This document shows positions 41,703-56,831 of a DNA stretch of 64,000 bases, piece by piece. How positions within the stretch are numbered: the first letter of the stretch is position 1; every line of letters starts with the position of its first letter. Source of the stretch: Rhodospirillales bacterium. Its GTDB lineage: Bacteria; Pseudomonadota; Alphaproteobacteria; Bin95. The position numbers were made by a program, and so were the translations under genes. Location: assembly GCA_038143065.1 (NCBI GenBank), contig JAYQLI010000035.1, positions 1,120,001 to 1,184,000 of the forward strand, written 5' to 3'. Under the pieces are notes generated by a model that was not told the DNA's origin, searched no databases, and was given only the letters and a program-made list of their open reading frames with translations.

Positions 41703-43110
41703 ATGATGTGTGACCGCAAGAATAAAAATTGGGGAGCAACAAAAAAGTTGCCCTCCCTAAAACCAGTTTTGACCATAGCTTTTGGACTCTTCCTCTTTGC
41801 TTGCGCGGGAAAAAACTGAAAGTTACGAAGAGAAATCTGTCGACTCACTATATAATGAGGCGATGGATTCCGTTCTGGATGGAAATTATCTCCAAGCTGC
41901 CAATCAATTTTTTGAAGTAGAGCGTCAGCATCCTTATTCAGTATGGGCAGCTAAGTCGCAGGTAATGGGAGCGTATGCGTATTTTCGCTTGGATCGCTAC
42001 GACGATACAATCAATGCCGCCGATCGATTTATTCAGTTACACCCATCAAATCCGGATGCTCCATACGCCTTTTATTTGAGGTCATTGGCGTACTATGAGC
42101 AAATAGTTGATATTTCCAGAGACCAGGGCGTGACACAGCAAGCCTTGCAGGCTTTAGAAGATGTCATTCGACGATACCCAGATTCAAAATACGCTCGCGA
42201 TGCTGCACTTAAGCTCGATCTAACCCGCGACCATCTAGCGGGCAAAGAAATGTCTGTGGGGCGTTTTTATTTGAAAAAGGGAGAGTTAGCTGCCGCAATT
42301 AATCGTTTTAAGCGTGTTGTGGAACAATACCAGACAACTAGCCATGTGCCGGAAGCTCTTCTTAGAATGGCAGAATGCTACTCTGCTCTTGGTGTTAAAG
42401 ATGAAGCAAAACGAGTAGTTGCAATCTTAGGATATAATTTTCCTGGAAGCTCTTGGTATGCAGACGCTTATAGGTTGATAGAAAATCTAGACAATGATGG
42501 ATTCATAAGCTCAGACGCCCGTCCTTTCTACAAAAGGTGGCTGAATCCAGAACCAAAAATTGCTAAGGCTGAGAGACGTAAATTAAAGGGTTTAGTGGGA
42601 ATTGATCCTGCCATTGATGATAAAAATACTTCAAACTCCTCAGCCCAAGAAGCAAGCGCCAGCTTAAACGCAGATTATCTCCGACCATGGAGACGCTCGG
42701 AATTAAGTGAAAGTGAGCGAAAAAAATTTATCATTGAAGCAAAAAATCAAGAAGAGATATCTCGAAACTCTGCAAAAGAATGGCGACTAGCAGCAGACAA
42801 TGCGGGTTCAAAGAAAGGTCGCAGTCGCGCCTCTGCCAATGCAAACTTAGCAGAAATAACTGCAGAGGTTTGGTCTGCTCGCGTTAAAATTGTTAGCGCC
42901 AGCTCACCCGATGACATCCTAAATGCAGAGGTACTCCATGCGGAAACATCTGTTTCTTATTGGGAGGCAGTTTTAGAGACAACGGAGGACGATCTTGCTC
43001 GAGATCATGCAAAGTCTGCGTTGTCCGAGGCACAAATGCTGCTCGACCACTGGAAAGCAAAAGGCCAAAGGCCCAGTTGGTTGGATCGTATGATAAACTC
43101 GGTACTGTAA
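41703..43110 (+). CDS. bamD: Outer membrane assembly lipoprotein BamD with a C-terminal extension of about 205 aa; extra A near 41812
   Basis: Upstream frame gives a signal peptide ending LFLFAC (lipobox, Cys at 41802). Core motifs VERQHPYS.WA, RFIQLHP, RDQ, HLAGKEM.VGRFY, AAINRF, LGYNFP.S.WY. Confidence 0.92.
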
Positions 43111-43121
43111 ATAAACACGCA

Positions 43122-44787
43122 ATGCTCACCGCGCTCTCGATCCGCAATTTAGTTATTATCGAGGCACTAGACCTCTCGTTTGGCGCTGGTCTTAACACCC
43201 TCACCGGTGAGACTGGAGCAGGAAAATCTATCTTACTCGACGCACTTGGACTTGCACTTGGTGCGAGAGCTGAAGTGGGCTTAGTGTCAACTGAATCCAA
43301 ACAAGCAAGTGTCACGGCTCAATGTGAACTTTCGGACACACATCCAGTCTGGTCATATCTAGCTGAAGCTGGAGCTGGGTCTGATGAACAAGATCTCCTT
43401 TTGCTTAGGAGAGTTCTGAACAGCGATGGCCGCAGCCGTGCATTTATTAACGATATCCCTGTTTCGATTGGCTTGCTTCGACAAACAGGGAAAATGATTT
43501 CAGAAATCCATGGCCAGTTCGAGCAATATGAACTCCTGGATCCCAATCAGCATCGTGAATTTTTAGATGTTTCAGGTAATTTAGAAGAAAATTTAAAAAG
43601 CCTGAACTCTTTATGGTCGTCTTGGCATGAGGCGGAACGCAAATTCACAGAAGCCTCAACGCATGTTGCATCTATGCAGCAAGATGAAGCTTTTCTGAGG
43701 ACTCTATAGAAGAATTATTAGAGCTATCGCCAGAAGAGGATGAGGAAACCCAACTTGCAACTCGCCGGGCTTTTTGGCCAATCGCGCCCGGATCTCAGAA
43801 GCGCTAATAACTGCTATGCAGTCTCTTGAAAATTCAGGCGCTGCGACTGCAATACGACAAAGCGAACGGTCACTAGCAAGGTTAGCTGATGCCGCTGAAG
43901 GCAATTTTGATAATGCTATATCAGCACTTGAACGTGCCGGAATTGAACTTGCTGAAGCTGAGCAGGCTCTATCGGCCTCGATGGCAAGCCTTGATGCAGA
44001 TACAGACACATTGGAATTTGTTGAAACAAGATTAATTGCGCTTAGACGTGTAGCACGTAAGCATCATACCCAACCCAATGAATTACCAAGTTTATTAATT
44101 AAACTGCGGAATGATTTTGAGTTATTAGAGCATAAAGAAGACGAGCTATCTGATCTGAGAGAAGAGGTTAATCTAGCTCGGTCTAAATATGTATCAGCAG
44201 CGGAAGATATTTCGAAAAAAAGATTGGTTGCTGCTCGTAAATTAGAACAAGCCATACACAAAGAACTTCCCCCGTTAAAGTTGGAAAGTGCTGAAATTAA
44301 GATTGAGAACAATCAACTTGAGGAAGTTAACTGGGGACCAAACGGGATCGACAAAGTCCGCTTTATGGCGCGAGCCAATCCAGGGCATCCATTCGGAGAA
44401 ATGCATAAAGTTGCCTCTGGGGGTGAGCTCGCACGTTTTGCTCTTGCTCTTAAAGTAGTGTTATCAAATCGCAGTTTTGCTTCTACGTTAATTTTCGATG
44501 AAGTTGATGCTGGGATAGGAGGTGCAACAGCAGATGCTGTTGGTAAACGATTGAAGAGATTGTCCAGTCGAGTCCAGACACTAGTGATAACCCATTCACC
44601 GCAAGTTGCCGCCTTAGGAGAGCACCACTATCAAGTTCAAAAAAAGGTTGAGAACGGAATAACCCGCACCACTGTCACTAAGTTGAAAGACGAGGCTAGA
44701 CGTGAAGAGATTGCACGGATGCTTTCCGGAAGTTTAATTACTGAAGAAGCTCGCGCTCAAGCTGAGCGGTTAATCGATAGTGCATAA
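43122..44787 (+). CDS. recN: DNA repair protein RecN; frameshifts near 43700 and 43772
   Basis: TGETGAGKS, EIHGQ, ASGGELAR, FDEVDAG, ITHSPQVAA, EIARML. Confidence 0.94.
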
Positions 44788-47855
<3,068 letters not shown>

Positions 47856-47949
47856 ACCGGAAACATTTATGAGCGTAGCCTTGGCTTAAAATGGATACCC
47901 ACACAAAAACCTAGAGTTGTAATTTTTTTCCTAAATCAAAAATGAAACA

Positions 47950-48480
47950 TCAATTTGATGACAGTTTTTTCCTTCTCTCCGCCTCGTAATTTTCGCGAGG
48001 CCCAAATAGCGGCTCATTTTGGAAGGTTCTTTCTGTCCAAGCGTGCAATTCCTGGTCGCTTAAACTTGTATTACAAACCTTACCTTGAGGCTGTTGCACG
48101 TGCCAAGGAGTGTTATGGAAAATTTCGATGCCATTCCCTTCGGGATCTTGAAAATAAATTGACCACGTATTTCCATGTGAAGTTGGTCGATAATTTAAAC
48201 CTTCGTTTTCAACTCTTACGATCACATCTCTCAGCTCAGCCATACTTTCTACTCTAAAAGCAAAATGTGCCAAGGTAGTTGGTGGTCCTTCATTTTCCCT
48301 GGGACCAATAAGCCCAAGCTGATGATGCTCATCCGGCTGCTGTGACAAAAACACGATGCTCTTGTTTCCTGGAATAGAACCTTCATCTGTAACCTGAAAA
48401 CCTAATACACGGGTGTAGAACTCCCTCATCTCACACATATTTTTCACAAACAGCACAGAGTGCGACCAGGATAAAGCCAT
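47950..48480 (-). CDS. VOC (glyoxalase/extradiol dioxygenase) family protein
   Basis: SHSVL, FYTRVLG, EHHQL, HFAF, HGNTWSIYFQDPEGNGIE. Confidence 0.88.
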   Translation of the reverse strand: MALSWSHSVLFVKNMCEMREFYTRVLGFQVTDEGSIPGNKSIVFLSQQPDEHHQLGLIGPRENEGPPTTLAHFAFRVESMAELRDVIVRVENEGLNYRPTSHGNTWSIYFQDPEGNGIEIFHNTPWHVQQPQGKVCNTSLSDQELHAWTERTFQNEPLFGPRENYEAERRKKLSSN

Positions 48481-48520
48481 ACTAACCCCCGCTTTCTCGC
48501 AGTCTAAAAGTATCCTTCAC

Positions 48521-50861
48521 TTAGGCATTCATCAAGCGCCAAATCAGGCGAGCAGCTGCATCTACGATCGCATCGGAGTCTATCTTAAGCGATCGATACA
48601 AATCAGGTAGATCGGCTGATTGCCCAAAACCTTCAACTCCAAGAGGTACAACTTCTCTGACTAGCGAGGCTCCTAACCAAGATAAAGTTGCTGGGTGAGC
48701 ATCGCAGACAGTTACAATACCGGCGTTTTGGGGGACTTCAGAAAAAGTCTAGCCAGGTGAAATTCTTCCGCACCTTGCTCAGCGCTCAGCCAGTTTTTAT
48801 GCAACTGATCTGGAGATGTAACAGCTAGCAAACCTGCATCTGGACAGTCTTCCAAGAGCACTTTGTGAGCACTTATAGCTTCAGGCATTAGAGCTCCCAT
48901 TGCGGCAATCACAACATCACAGTTTGGGCCTGGTGGCATTAGCCAATAAGCCCCCGCAAGAAGATCAAGCTTCAGGTCCTGGGTCATCTCACGTATTGGT
49001 TGATCAAGCTGACGAGTTGAAAGCCTAAGATATGTGGCTCCTCCATCCTCAGCCAGCATTCTATTGAAACTTTCGCGCATCATTACGGCCAGTTCGTCAA
49101 CAAACGCAGGCTCGTAACTTGCCAAATTGGGAAGCCCCATTCCTATAAGTGGGGTAGTCTGAGATTGGTGAGCACCACCTTCTGGTGATAATGTTACTCC
49201 TGACGGAGTACCAACTAATAGAAATCGTGCGTCTTGATAGAGAGCATATATAAGAGCATCTAAGCCCCGAGCAATGAAAGGATCATAAAGGGTTCCTACA
49301 GGTAATAAACGATGCCCATATAACGGCTCGGTCAAGCCAAGAGCGGCTAATGCAAGAAATAAATTGTTTTCTGCTATTCCGAGTTCCAGATGCTGTCCCT
49401 TTGGACCAGCTGCCCACCGCTGGGTTGAAGGGATATTTTCCTTGCGGAACGCATCATCCTTACTTTGGCGTTCGAAGACCCCCTTTCGATTGACCCACCC
49501 ACCGAGGTTTGTTGAAATCGTAACATCAGGAGAGGTTGTTACCATCCGATCACTTAATATGCTTTCACTGCGTGCAATCGAAGCCAAAATTCGGCCGAAC
49601 CCCTCCTGAGTAGAAGTCTTTTGCTCACCCGGGACCGGCAACATTGGCAAAGCCTCAGCGATCTGTCCTGCACTCGGAAGAGGTTTACGTTGAGCAAACG
49701 GAACGTTTTCTACAAACGCCTGAAGCTCCTGTGACCTCCCCTCAACCCCAGACCAAACTTCCCACTCCTGACCACTCTCAACACCCATTTCTTGTTTGAG
49801 GGCATCAATTTGTTCCGGTGTCATTAACCCCGCATGATTATCTTGATGTCCGGCTAGCGGCAGGCCAAATCCCTTGATTGTGTAAGCAATAAAACAGGTA
49901 GGAACATCAGACTTAGCTGCTTCATCAAAAGCTTCAGTCAGTGTCTCAATGCAATGACCGGCAAGGTCAGTCATCATACGAGCAAGTTCTTTATCATCGC
50001 GCTTAGAAAGTATTTGTTTAATTCCTGGCTTACTTCCAATCTCATCTGTAAGCCTTTCACGCCAGGCCGCCCCCCCCTTGAAAGTTAGAGCCGAGTAAAT
50101 GCTGTTGGGGCAGTCATCTATCCATTGGCGAAGTACCGCACCACCTTTTTCCCGAAAGGCGCGTTCTAATCGACGACCATATTTTAGCGTAATGACCTTC
50201 CAACCCATGGCCTCAAAAATGCCGTCAATGCGTTGAAAAAGACGATCCGAAACGACGCTGTCAAGGCTCTGCCTATTATAATCAATTATCCACCAACAAT
50301 CCCGTAAATCATGCTTCCAACCTTCCAGAAGGCACTCAAATACGTTTCCTTCATCAAGCTCCGCATCCCCAACAACGGCAACCATCCGCCCACGGTTCCG
50401 ATTGGACATACCACCGTGGAGCTCAACCATGTCTTGAGCTAGAGAGGAAAACACGGTCATGGCAGCCCCAAGACCAACAGAACCGGTAGAAAAATCTACA
50501 TCATCTATGTCTTTGGTGCGGAGGGGTACGCTTGAGCTCCGCCCAAACTGCGGAATTTCACTAACTGATCTCTGGTTTGCCGGCCAAGCATATACTGGAT
50601 TGCATGATAGACTGGGCTTGCATGAGGCTTCACTGCAACGCGATCCTCTGGGCGCAGCGCATGAAAATAAAGTGATGTTAGTATCTGTGCACATGACGCT
50701 GAAGAGGCCTGATGCCCACCTACCTTAACTCCACCACGATTTTCTCGGATATGATTTGCATGGTGGATCATCCAGCTAGAAAGCCAAAGCGCTCTCTCTG
50801 ATAAAGTTTCAAGGATGTCAGTTTTCTTAGACGATGCTGAAATTGCAACTCCATCCGGCAT
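48521..50861 (-). CDS. AceE/transketolase-like ThDP enzyme (2-oxoacid dehydrogenase E1-like); frameshifts near 50515 and 48730
   Basis: KVGGHQASSAS, KPHASP, STGSVGLG, GDAELDEG...N ThDP motif, TIKG, GIAENN, EGGAHQS; tail CDAHPATLSWLG...FGQSA...IVDAA ends at 48521. Confidence 0.88.
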
Positions 50862-50985
50862 AGCTACTCTCCCATTCCGTGCCTCCAAATTAATGATTAA
50901 CGAAAGGACTTTTGTTGTTTTTTAATGCTAATAATGAGATTTTACAGACATAATTTTACGAAAATTATCAGAATTGAAGAACATT

Positions 50986-51453
50986 ATGCCAAAAACAGAT
51001 TTAGATATGTTTGACCGTAGAATTCTTGCTGCTCTTATGAAAGATGCCAACCTGTCCAATGTAGATCTTGCGGATAAAGTAGGACTGTCTCCGTCCCCTT
51101 GCCTACGTCGCGTCAAAGCTTTGGAAAAAGCCGGTATCATCCTTGGGCGCAGACTTATAGTAGACGCCGCCGCCGTCGGACTTTCAATCAGTGTTTTCCT
51201 GCAAGTAACTCTAGAACGACAAATTGAGGCCAATCTAGAACGGTTCGAAAAAGCAATTTCAGGTTGGCCGGAAGTAATAGAGTGCCACCTCATGACTGGA
51301 GATGCTGATTACCTTCTTCGCGTTGTTGCGCCTGATCTTGATGCCTACCATCGTTTTCTGATGGAAAGCCTGACTAGGGTGGAAGGTGTTGCGAGCATCA
51401 AATCAAGTTTTGCACTTAAGCAAACGAAATACGGTGAGGCTCTCCCGTTGTAA
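50986..51453 (+). CDS. Lrp/AsnC family transcriptional regulator
   Basis: LDMFDRRIL, LADKVGLSPSPCLRRVKALE, ECHLMTGDADYLLRV; divergent from the E1-like gene. Confidence 0.93.
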   Translation: MPKTDLDMFDRRILAALMKDANLSNVDLADKVGLSPSPCLRRVKALEKAGIILGRRLIVDAAAVGLSISVFLQVTLERQIEANLERFEKAISGWPEVIECHLMTGDADYLLRVVAPDLDAYHRFLMESLTRVEGVASIKSSFALKQTKYGEALPL

Positions 51454-51494
51454 TCCAGCTAATCCTGCATGAATATTTATCTTACTAAGGAGAG

Positions 51495-52991
51495 CTATTT
51501 TCCGATCGTTGCTGCTGCTTTTACCGCTGATGACATGATTATGCGGCGATCCGGCGCCGAATAAGCTTCGTGATTTTCATCAATATCAGGCAGCCGATAC
51601 AAATAATTAATCATTAATCCAGCAGATTGCTTGAGGCCATTTTCAGATAAGTCTGCTGCCCAGTTTAATCTCTCCATACGAGCACCATTTGATAAATGAA
51701 AGTGAGCGACAGGATCGAGGGCCCGCCCATCTTCTCGTTTGCATACGCCTAAATAATTAGCCGCTAAACACGTTAGAGGCTGCTTAATAATTTGAACAAT
51801 ATCTGGTTTTTTATGCCACTCCGGAATTGAAAGCACTGCCTCGATCAATGCAATCCTATTTAAGGTACCCATTCTCTCCACAGCAGAATTTTCATCCCCT
51901 ACAGCTTTTTTCTGCGTGTCACCTTTTTTTTGGATAAAGTCGTTTAAAACGTCTACCTGGTCATCAGAAAGAGGAACGCCATTCGCAATTTCCGATGGTT
52001 TCTTCATCCACTTACGAAGACCAGGTATTGGCGATAATGTTGCAAACGTTTTTATGTTAGGTAACTCATTAGACAAAGAAGCCACCACGCGCTTAATGAG
52101 AAAGTCACCAAAACTGATGCCTGCAAGTCCAGCCTGAGCGTTGGATATCGAATAGAAAATTGCGGTGTCCGCCAAGCTTGGATCAATAACTGTACGAGAT
52201 TCATCTAACAGCTTTCCAACATCACCCGCTATTCCGTTCACCAGAGCCACCTCAACAAAAATCAAGGGTTCATCAGGCATCCTCGGATGAAAAAAGGCAT
52301 AGCACCGGCGGTCAAACTCCAACCGTTTTTTCAGGTCATCCCAGGAACGAATGCGATGCACAGCTTCATATTGGATTAACTTCTCAAGTAAATGTGCTGA
52401 TGCACTCCAATCAATCTGCTTGAGCTCAAGAAAACCAATATCAAACCAATTTGCCAAAAGACTTTTAAGGTCCTCCTGCAGTCCAGCGAACAACGGCATT
52501 TCTCGCTGCCACGCCAATAAGTCGGCTCGCAAGTCAACAAGAAACTTCACACCGTTTGGTAGGGCAGTAAACTGACGAAGAACTTCTACGCGAGGAGGAA
52601 CCAATGCTTTTTTCAGCGATTTTTCTGCTTTAATGCGCGCATCTACATCTTTTGACTCACGGACTACGTCCATCAATTGATTAATGATATTTCTATCACT
52701 ATCAAAATCTTGGGCTAGAATCTTGAGAAACCGGCGCCGTCCATCGTTTGATAATCTAAGATAGGCTTGACCCAAAGTGGCAGCACGAGCGCGAGCGCGA
52801 ACCTCTCCGCCCCGATGCTCAATACATTCTGAGAAAGCCTCGATTAACTTGGCTTCATCAGATTTTGTAATACCGGACTTAAGCACCAGTTCTTCGGTGT
52901 TTTTCTTCGACCCGAACCCACGAACCGCTCTGGCTATTTGCGTCCAGGCCCGGTCAAGAACACTCATTTGTTGATCTGAATTAGCCGACAT
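51495..52991 (-). CDS. Malonyl-CoA decarboxylase
   Basis: GVKFLVDLRAD, YEAVH, RRCYAFFH, FYSISN, FGDFLIKRV, TLSPIPG, DPVAHFHLSNGA, MINYLY. Confidence 0.93.
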   Translation of the reverse strand: MSANSDQQMSVLDRAWTQIARAVRGFGSKKNTEELVLKSGITKSDEAKLIEAFSECIEHRGGEVRARARAATLGQAYLRLSNDGRRRFLKILAQDFDSDRNIINQLMDVVRESKDVDARIKAEKSLKKALVPPRVEVLRQFTALPNGVKFLVDLRADLLAWQREMPLFAGLQEDLKSLLANWFDIGFLELKQIDWSASAHLLEKLIQYEAVHRIRSWDDLKKRLEFDRRCYAFFHPRMPDEPLIFVEVALVNGIAGDVGKLLDESRTVIDPSLADTAIFYSISNAQAGLAGISFGDFLIKRVVASLSNELPNIKTFATLSPIPGLRKWMKKPSEIANGVPLSDDQVDVLNDFIQKKGDTQKKAVGDENSAVERMGTLNRIALIEAVLSIPEWHKKPDIVQIIKQPLTCLAANYLGVCKREDGRALDPVAHFHLSNGARMERLNWAADLSENGLKQSAGLMINYLYRLPDIDENHEAYSAPDRRIIMSSAVKAAATIGK

Positions 52992-53416
52992 TTTAAACTT
53001 TCTATAGAGATACGGTATGAACAAACGACTGCAAGAAGCGAGCAGTTATTTCACTACTTAGGAACACTCTCCAATATACGCCTAATGATGATTGATAATT
53101 TTATCTAAGTAGTTCTCCAAAAAACCAGGAAGTTCCTATTAACTTCCGTCTTATCTTGCACACTACTTACAAATAAATCTCGATTTATTTTTCTTTAAAT
53201 GGGAAAATTTTGGAGCTTTCTCAAGGCCCAAAAATGATGAAAATACTTTTGCCTGGAAATTTACTGGATGCCTTTAAAAAAAAGAAATGCTAAAAAAAGA
53301 GAAATGCGCAATTTTTATAGTCCTCGATTGCAGCTACTTTTTATGCTGCTTAGAGTATTCCCCACACCCAACTAACTGGGATTGGGTCCGGCTTGAGCAA
53401 GAATTAGGATAATTTA

Positions 53417-54463
53417 ATGCGTGTTTACTTCCACATTCCTAATGACGACCTTATCGAAGCCCAAAAGGCCTCAATAGCTGCTGAAGTGGCGGGCTTCGAT
53501 GGTGTCGTTGCCCTTGAAAACGCTCATGGTCCTATTCCACCGCTTACTGTAGCGGCCATGGCTACAAGTCGTGTCCAGTTAGGCACAGCCGTGGCCATTG
53601 CATTTCCGAGAAGCCCCACAATTTCTGCACATTTTGCATGGGACCTGAACAAAGCGAGCAATGGTCGTTTTGCTCTTGGTCTTGGAAGCCAAGTTAAAGG
53701 ACACAACGAACGTCGATACGGACTGACATGGACACCACCCGCCCCTCGTATGCGCGACTATATTGGTGCTGTCCGTTCTGTTTGGCGGTCCTGGGAGACA
53801 GGAGAGAAATTAGACTTCCACAGTAAAGCTTACACATTGACACTCACAACACCCAACTTCTCACCAAAACCACTTGGACTTCCGCGAATTCCAATAACCA
53901 TGTCAGCAGTTGGACCTGCAATGCTGTCTGTTGCGGGTCAAGTTGCAGACGGTGTTCGCCTCCATCCTTTCAGCACAAAGCGCTACTTAGCGGAGCGTTC
54001 ACTATCCCGAATAAGTACCGGCTTGATGAAGGAAAATCGTAAAAGAAGCCAAATTGAGGTTATATCAGGCGCATTTATGGCTACCGGAGAGGACGATGAG
54101 GCTGTAGCAAAAATGAAGGAATATATTCGATTTAGAATATCATTCTATTGTTCTACTCGCGCTTATTGGGACGTCTTGCGTTTACATGGGCTTGAAGAAC
54201 TGGGTGAACGTTTGCGTCCATACCCCTCACAAAATCGTTGGAACGAAATGGCTGCACTTATTTCTGACGATGTTTTAGAATTGTTTGCGATTGTTGGACG
54301 TCATGATGAACTAGCTGATAAAATTTCTGAAAAATATGAAGGCTTGGCCGATAGCTTATCTCTCTTCATTCCAACAGATACCGATCCTGGCCCTATAGGA
54401 GAGGTAATGCAGGACATTCAAAAAATTCCAATGAACTTTTCTGGCGCCGATCTTAGTTGGTAA
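53417..54463 (+). CDS. LLM-class oxidoreductase resembling the TIGR03617 F420-dependent family
   Basis: AIAFPRSP, WDL, GRFALGLGSQVKGHNERRYG, HPF, FYCST..Y..VL..HG. Confidence 0.82.
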   Translation: MRVYFHIPNDDLIEAQKASIAAEVAGFDGVVALENAHGPIPPLTVAAMATSRVQLGTAVAIAFPRSPTISAHFAWDLNKASNGRFALGLGSQVKGHNERRYGLTWTPPAPRMRDYIGAVRSVWRSWETGEKLDFHSKAYTLTLTTPNFSPKPLGLPRIPITMSAVGPAMLSVAGQVADGVRLHPFSTKRYLAERSLSRISTGLMKENRKRSQIEVISGAFMATGEDDEAVAKMKEYIRFRISFYCSTRAYWDVLRLHGLEELGERLRPYPSQNRWNEMAALISDDVLELFAIVGRHDELADKISEKYEGLADSLSLFIPTDTDPGPIGEVMQDIQKIPMNFSGADLSW

Positions 54464-54466
54464 CAA

Positions 54467-55810
54467 TCACTCCCCCGCAATCGTAAGACCATCAATCCGA
54501 ACAGTCGGCGCGTTGATAGATCCTCTACGCATAAGATCTGATCCTGGTGTGAGAGAGCGAAACATATCCTTCAAGTTTCCTGCAATCGTGAGCTCATTTA
54601 CTGGATAGGTAATTTCTCCTTTCTCTATCCAATATCCAGAGGCTCCACGACTATAGTCACCGGTGGCCAAGTCCCCTCCATGCCCAATAAGCTCTGTCAC
54701 AAACAAACCACTTTCTACCTCTCCAATGAGTACCTCGGGCGAGGCTAGACCTGCTTGCAGGTCCATATTGGTCGTACTTGGACCAGGATTACTTCCAACA
54801 CCTCTTGAGGCTCGACCATTACTATTCATGCCGAGTTTTTTTTGCGCTTCTAAGATCAAGCGTCCACGCTTGGAGTTTTCCATCAACAACTAGAGAAAGC
54901 TCCTTAGCTGCCAATCCCTCTCCATCAAAGGGTTTCGATGCCATCCCACGAGGGATTAGAGGATTATCAATTATTGTTACACCATCAGAAAACACCTGTT
55001 GCTCCATACTATCCTTAAGATAAGACACTCCTCTCGCAATTGAGGCCCCATTAATTGCAGCAGCAAAACTACTAATCAGTCCACCAGCTAACCGTTGCTC
55101 GAAGATAACTGGAGCTATTTGAGATTTGACTCGACGCGCTCCTAGACGTCGGACTGCTCGCTCCCCGCAGTACGACCAACCTCCTGAGCAGATCTGAGAT
55201 CAGACAAATGTGTTGCTGCCGTCCAATCATAATCTCGCTCCATAGAACCGCCTTTCTTGGCAATAACTGAAGCGGAGAGAGAAAAACTTGATCGTGCGTA
55301 GGAACTGGCAAAGCCATTGGAAGTGACTAAAGCAATGCCAGATTTCCCCCAACTTGCACCCCCACCCTCAGAATTGTCGACCCCCTTAATTTCTAAGGCC
55401 GATGCTTCTGCAACTTCTGCCATTTCCAACAGCTTTTCTGGCGTGGGTTCTGTACCGTCTATTAAATCAAGTTCTGGGAATTCTCTTGCGAGCTCCTCGA
55501 CATTAGCAAGTCGAGAATCATGATCTGGTGGTGCCACCTTGGCCATTGCCACCACACGCTCAGCAAGGTCATTCAAGGTTTGGTCCCTGAAATCCTCTGT
55601 GGCAACCGAAGCCGAGCGGTCACCCACAAAGACCCGGACGCCTAGGTTCATGCTATCTGACCGTTCCAAGGTCTCGCGATTACCTTTTCGAACAGCAACT
55701 TCAAGCCCACGTGACTCGATTAATACGGCATCCACAGCGTCAGCGCCGGCACGTTTGGTGCGCCCAACCAAATCAGATAGGCGATCGAGCAATTGGTTTG
55801 TTTCGAGCAT
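54467..55810 (-). CDS. pmbA: PmbA/TldE family protein; frameshifts near 55165 and 54840
   Basis: GADAVDA, MERDY, PFDGEG, GRASRG, TGDYSRGASG, TIAGNL, GLTIAG across three ORFs; no HExxxH seen. Confidence 0.88.
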
Positions 55811-55970
55811 TTATGAACCCTGAGTTAAATAAGTAAGTTGCTTTCATACGAGAAATAATGTTCCACGGCACCTGTGCCAAGCTTAGCCTTGCATACATGA
55901 GCTCACCTCGATACCGTTCTTCAAATTTAAAAATCAATTGGACACCGTTGGAGAAAAGGTTTTTTTGCCC

Positions 55971-56816
55971 ATGCGCTTTACTGGCTCAGATAATTACGTA
56001 GCAACAGACGACTTAATGCTTGCAGTTAATGCATCAATTACGCTTGAGCGGCCGCTGCTAATTAAAGGTGAACCTGGAACAGGAAAAACTGTCCTAGCTT
56101 TTGAGGTTGCAAAAGCCCTAGGTCTGAAACTTATTACCTGGCATGTAAAATCCACTACCAAAGCCCAACATGGTCTGTATGAGTACGATGCCGTTTCTCG
56201 TCTTAGAGATAGTCAGCTTGGCGACGACAAAGTTAATGATATTCGAAATTATATTGATAAAGGAAAACTCTGGGAGGCCTTCCAGGCAGATGAGCGTGTC
56301 GTATTACTTATCGACGAAATTGATAAGGCGGACATAGAATTTCCTAATGACCTCTTACAAGAGCTCGATCGCATGGAATTCTTCGTCTACGAGACGGGTG
56401 AAACAATATCAGCAAAACAACGACCGATTGTGATTATAACTTCCAATAATGAAAAAGAGCTTCCAGACGCTTTCTTGCGTCGATGTTTTTTCCATTACAT
56501 TCAGTTTCCTGATACTGAGACAATGGAAGGAATTGTGAATGTCCACTTCCCCAAGATCAAAAAGGCGATGTTGACCTCCGCTATGGAGTCTTTTTTTGGG
56601 CTTAGAGAAATACCTGGCATTAAAAAGAAGCCTTCAACATCCGAATTGCTAGATTGGCTCAAATTGTTGCTTGCTGAAGATATCCCACCAGAGAGCATCA
56701 AAGGAAAAGATGCCTCGAATGCATTGCCGCCGTTATACGGGGCACTTCTAAAAAACGAACAAGATGTACACATGGTTGAACGGTTAGTCTTCATGAGCCG
56801 TCGAGAACGTGGTTAA
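55971..56816 (+). CDS. MoxR-family AAA+ ATPase
   Basis: GEPGTGKT, YEYDAVSRLRDSQLG, LLIDEIDKAD, TSNNEKELPDAFLRRC. Confidence 0.92.
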   Translation: MRFTGSDNYVATDDLMLAVNASITLERPLLIKGEPGTGKTVLAFEVAKALGLKLITWHVKSTTKAQHGLYEYDAVSRLRDSQLGDDKVNDIRNYIDKGKLWEAFQADERVVLLIDEIDKADIEFPNDLLQELDRMEFFVYETGETISAKQRPIVIITSNNEKELPDAFLRRCFFHYIQFPDTETMEGIVNVHFPKIKKAMLTSAMESFFGLREIPGIKKKPSTSELLDWLKLLLAEDIPPESIKGKDASNALPPLYGALLKNEQDVHMVERLVFMSRRERG

Positions 56817-56831
56817 GGGGGGTAAACCCCA

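Noticed and set aside
42960-43121. Apparent N-terminal extension of RecN overlapping bamD
   Set aside because: RecN homology starts at MLTALSIRN (43122); the upstream part is just an open alternative frame.
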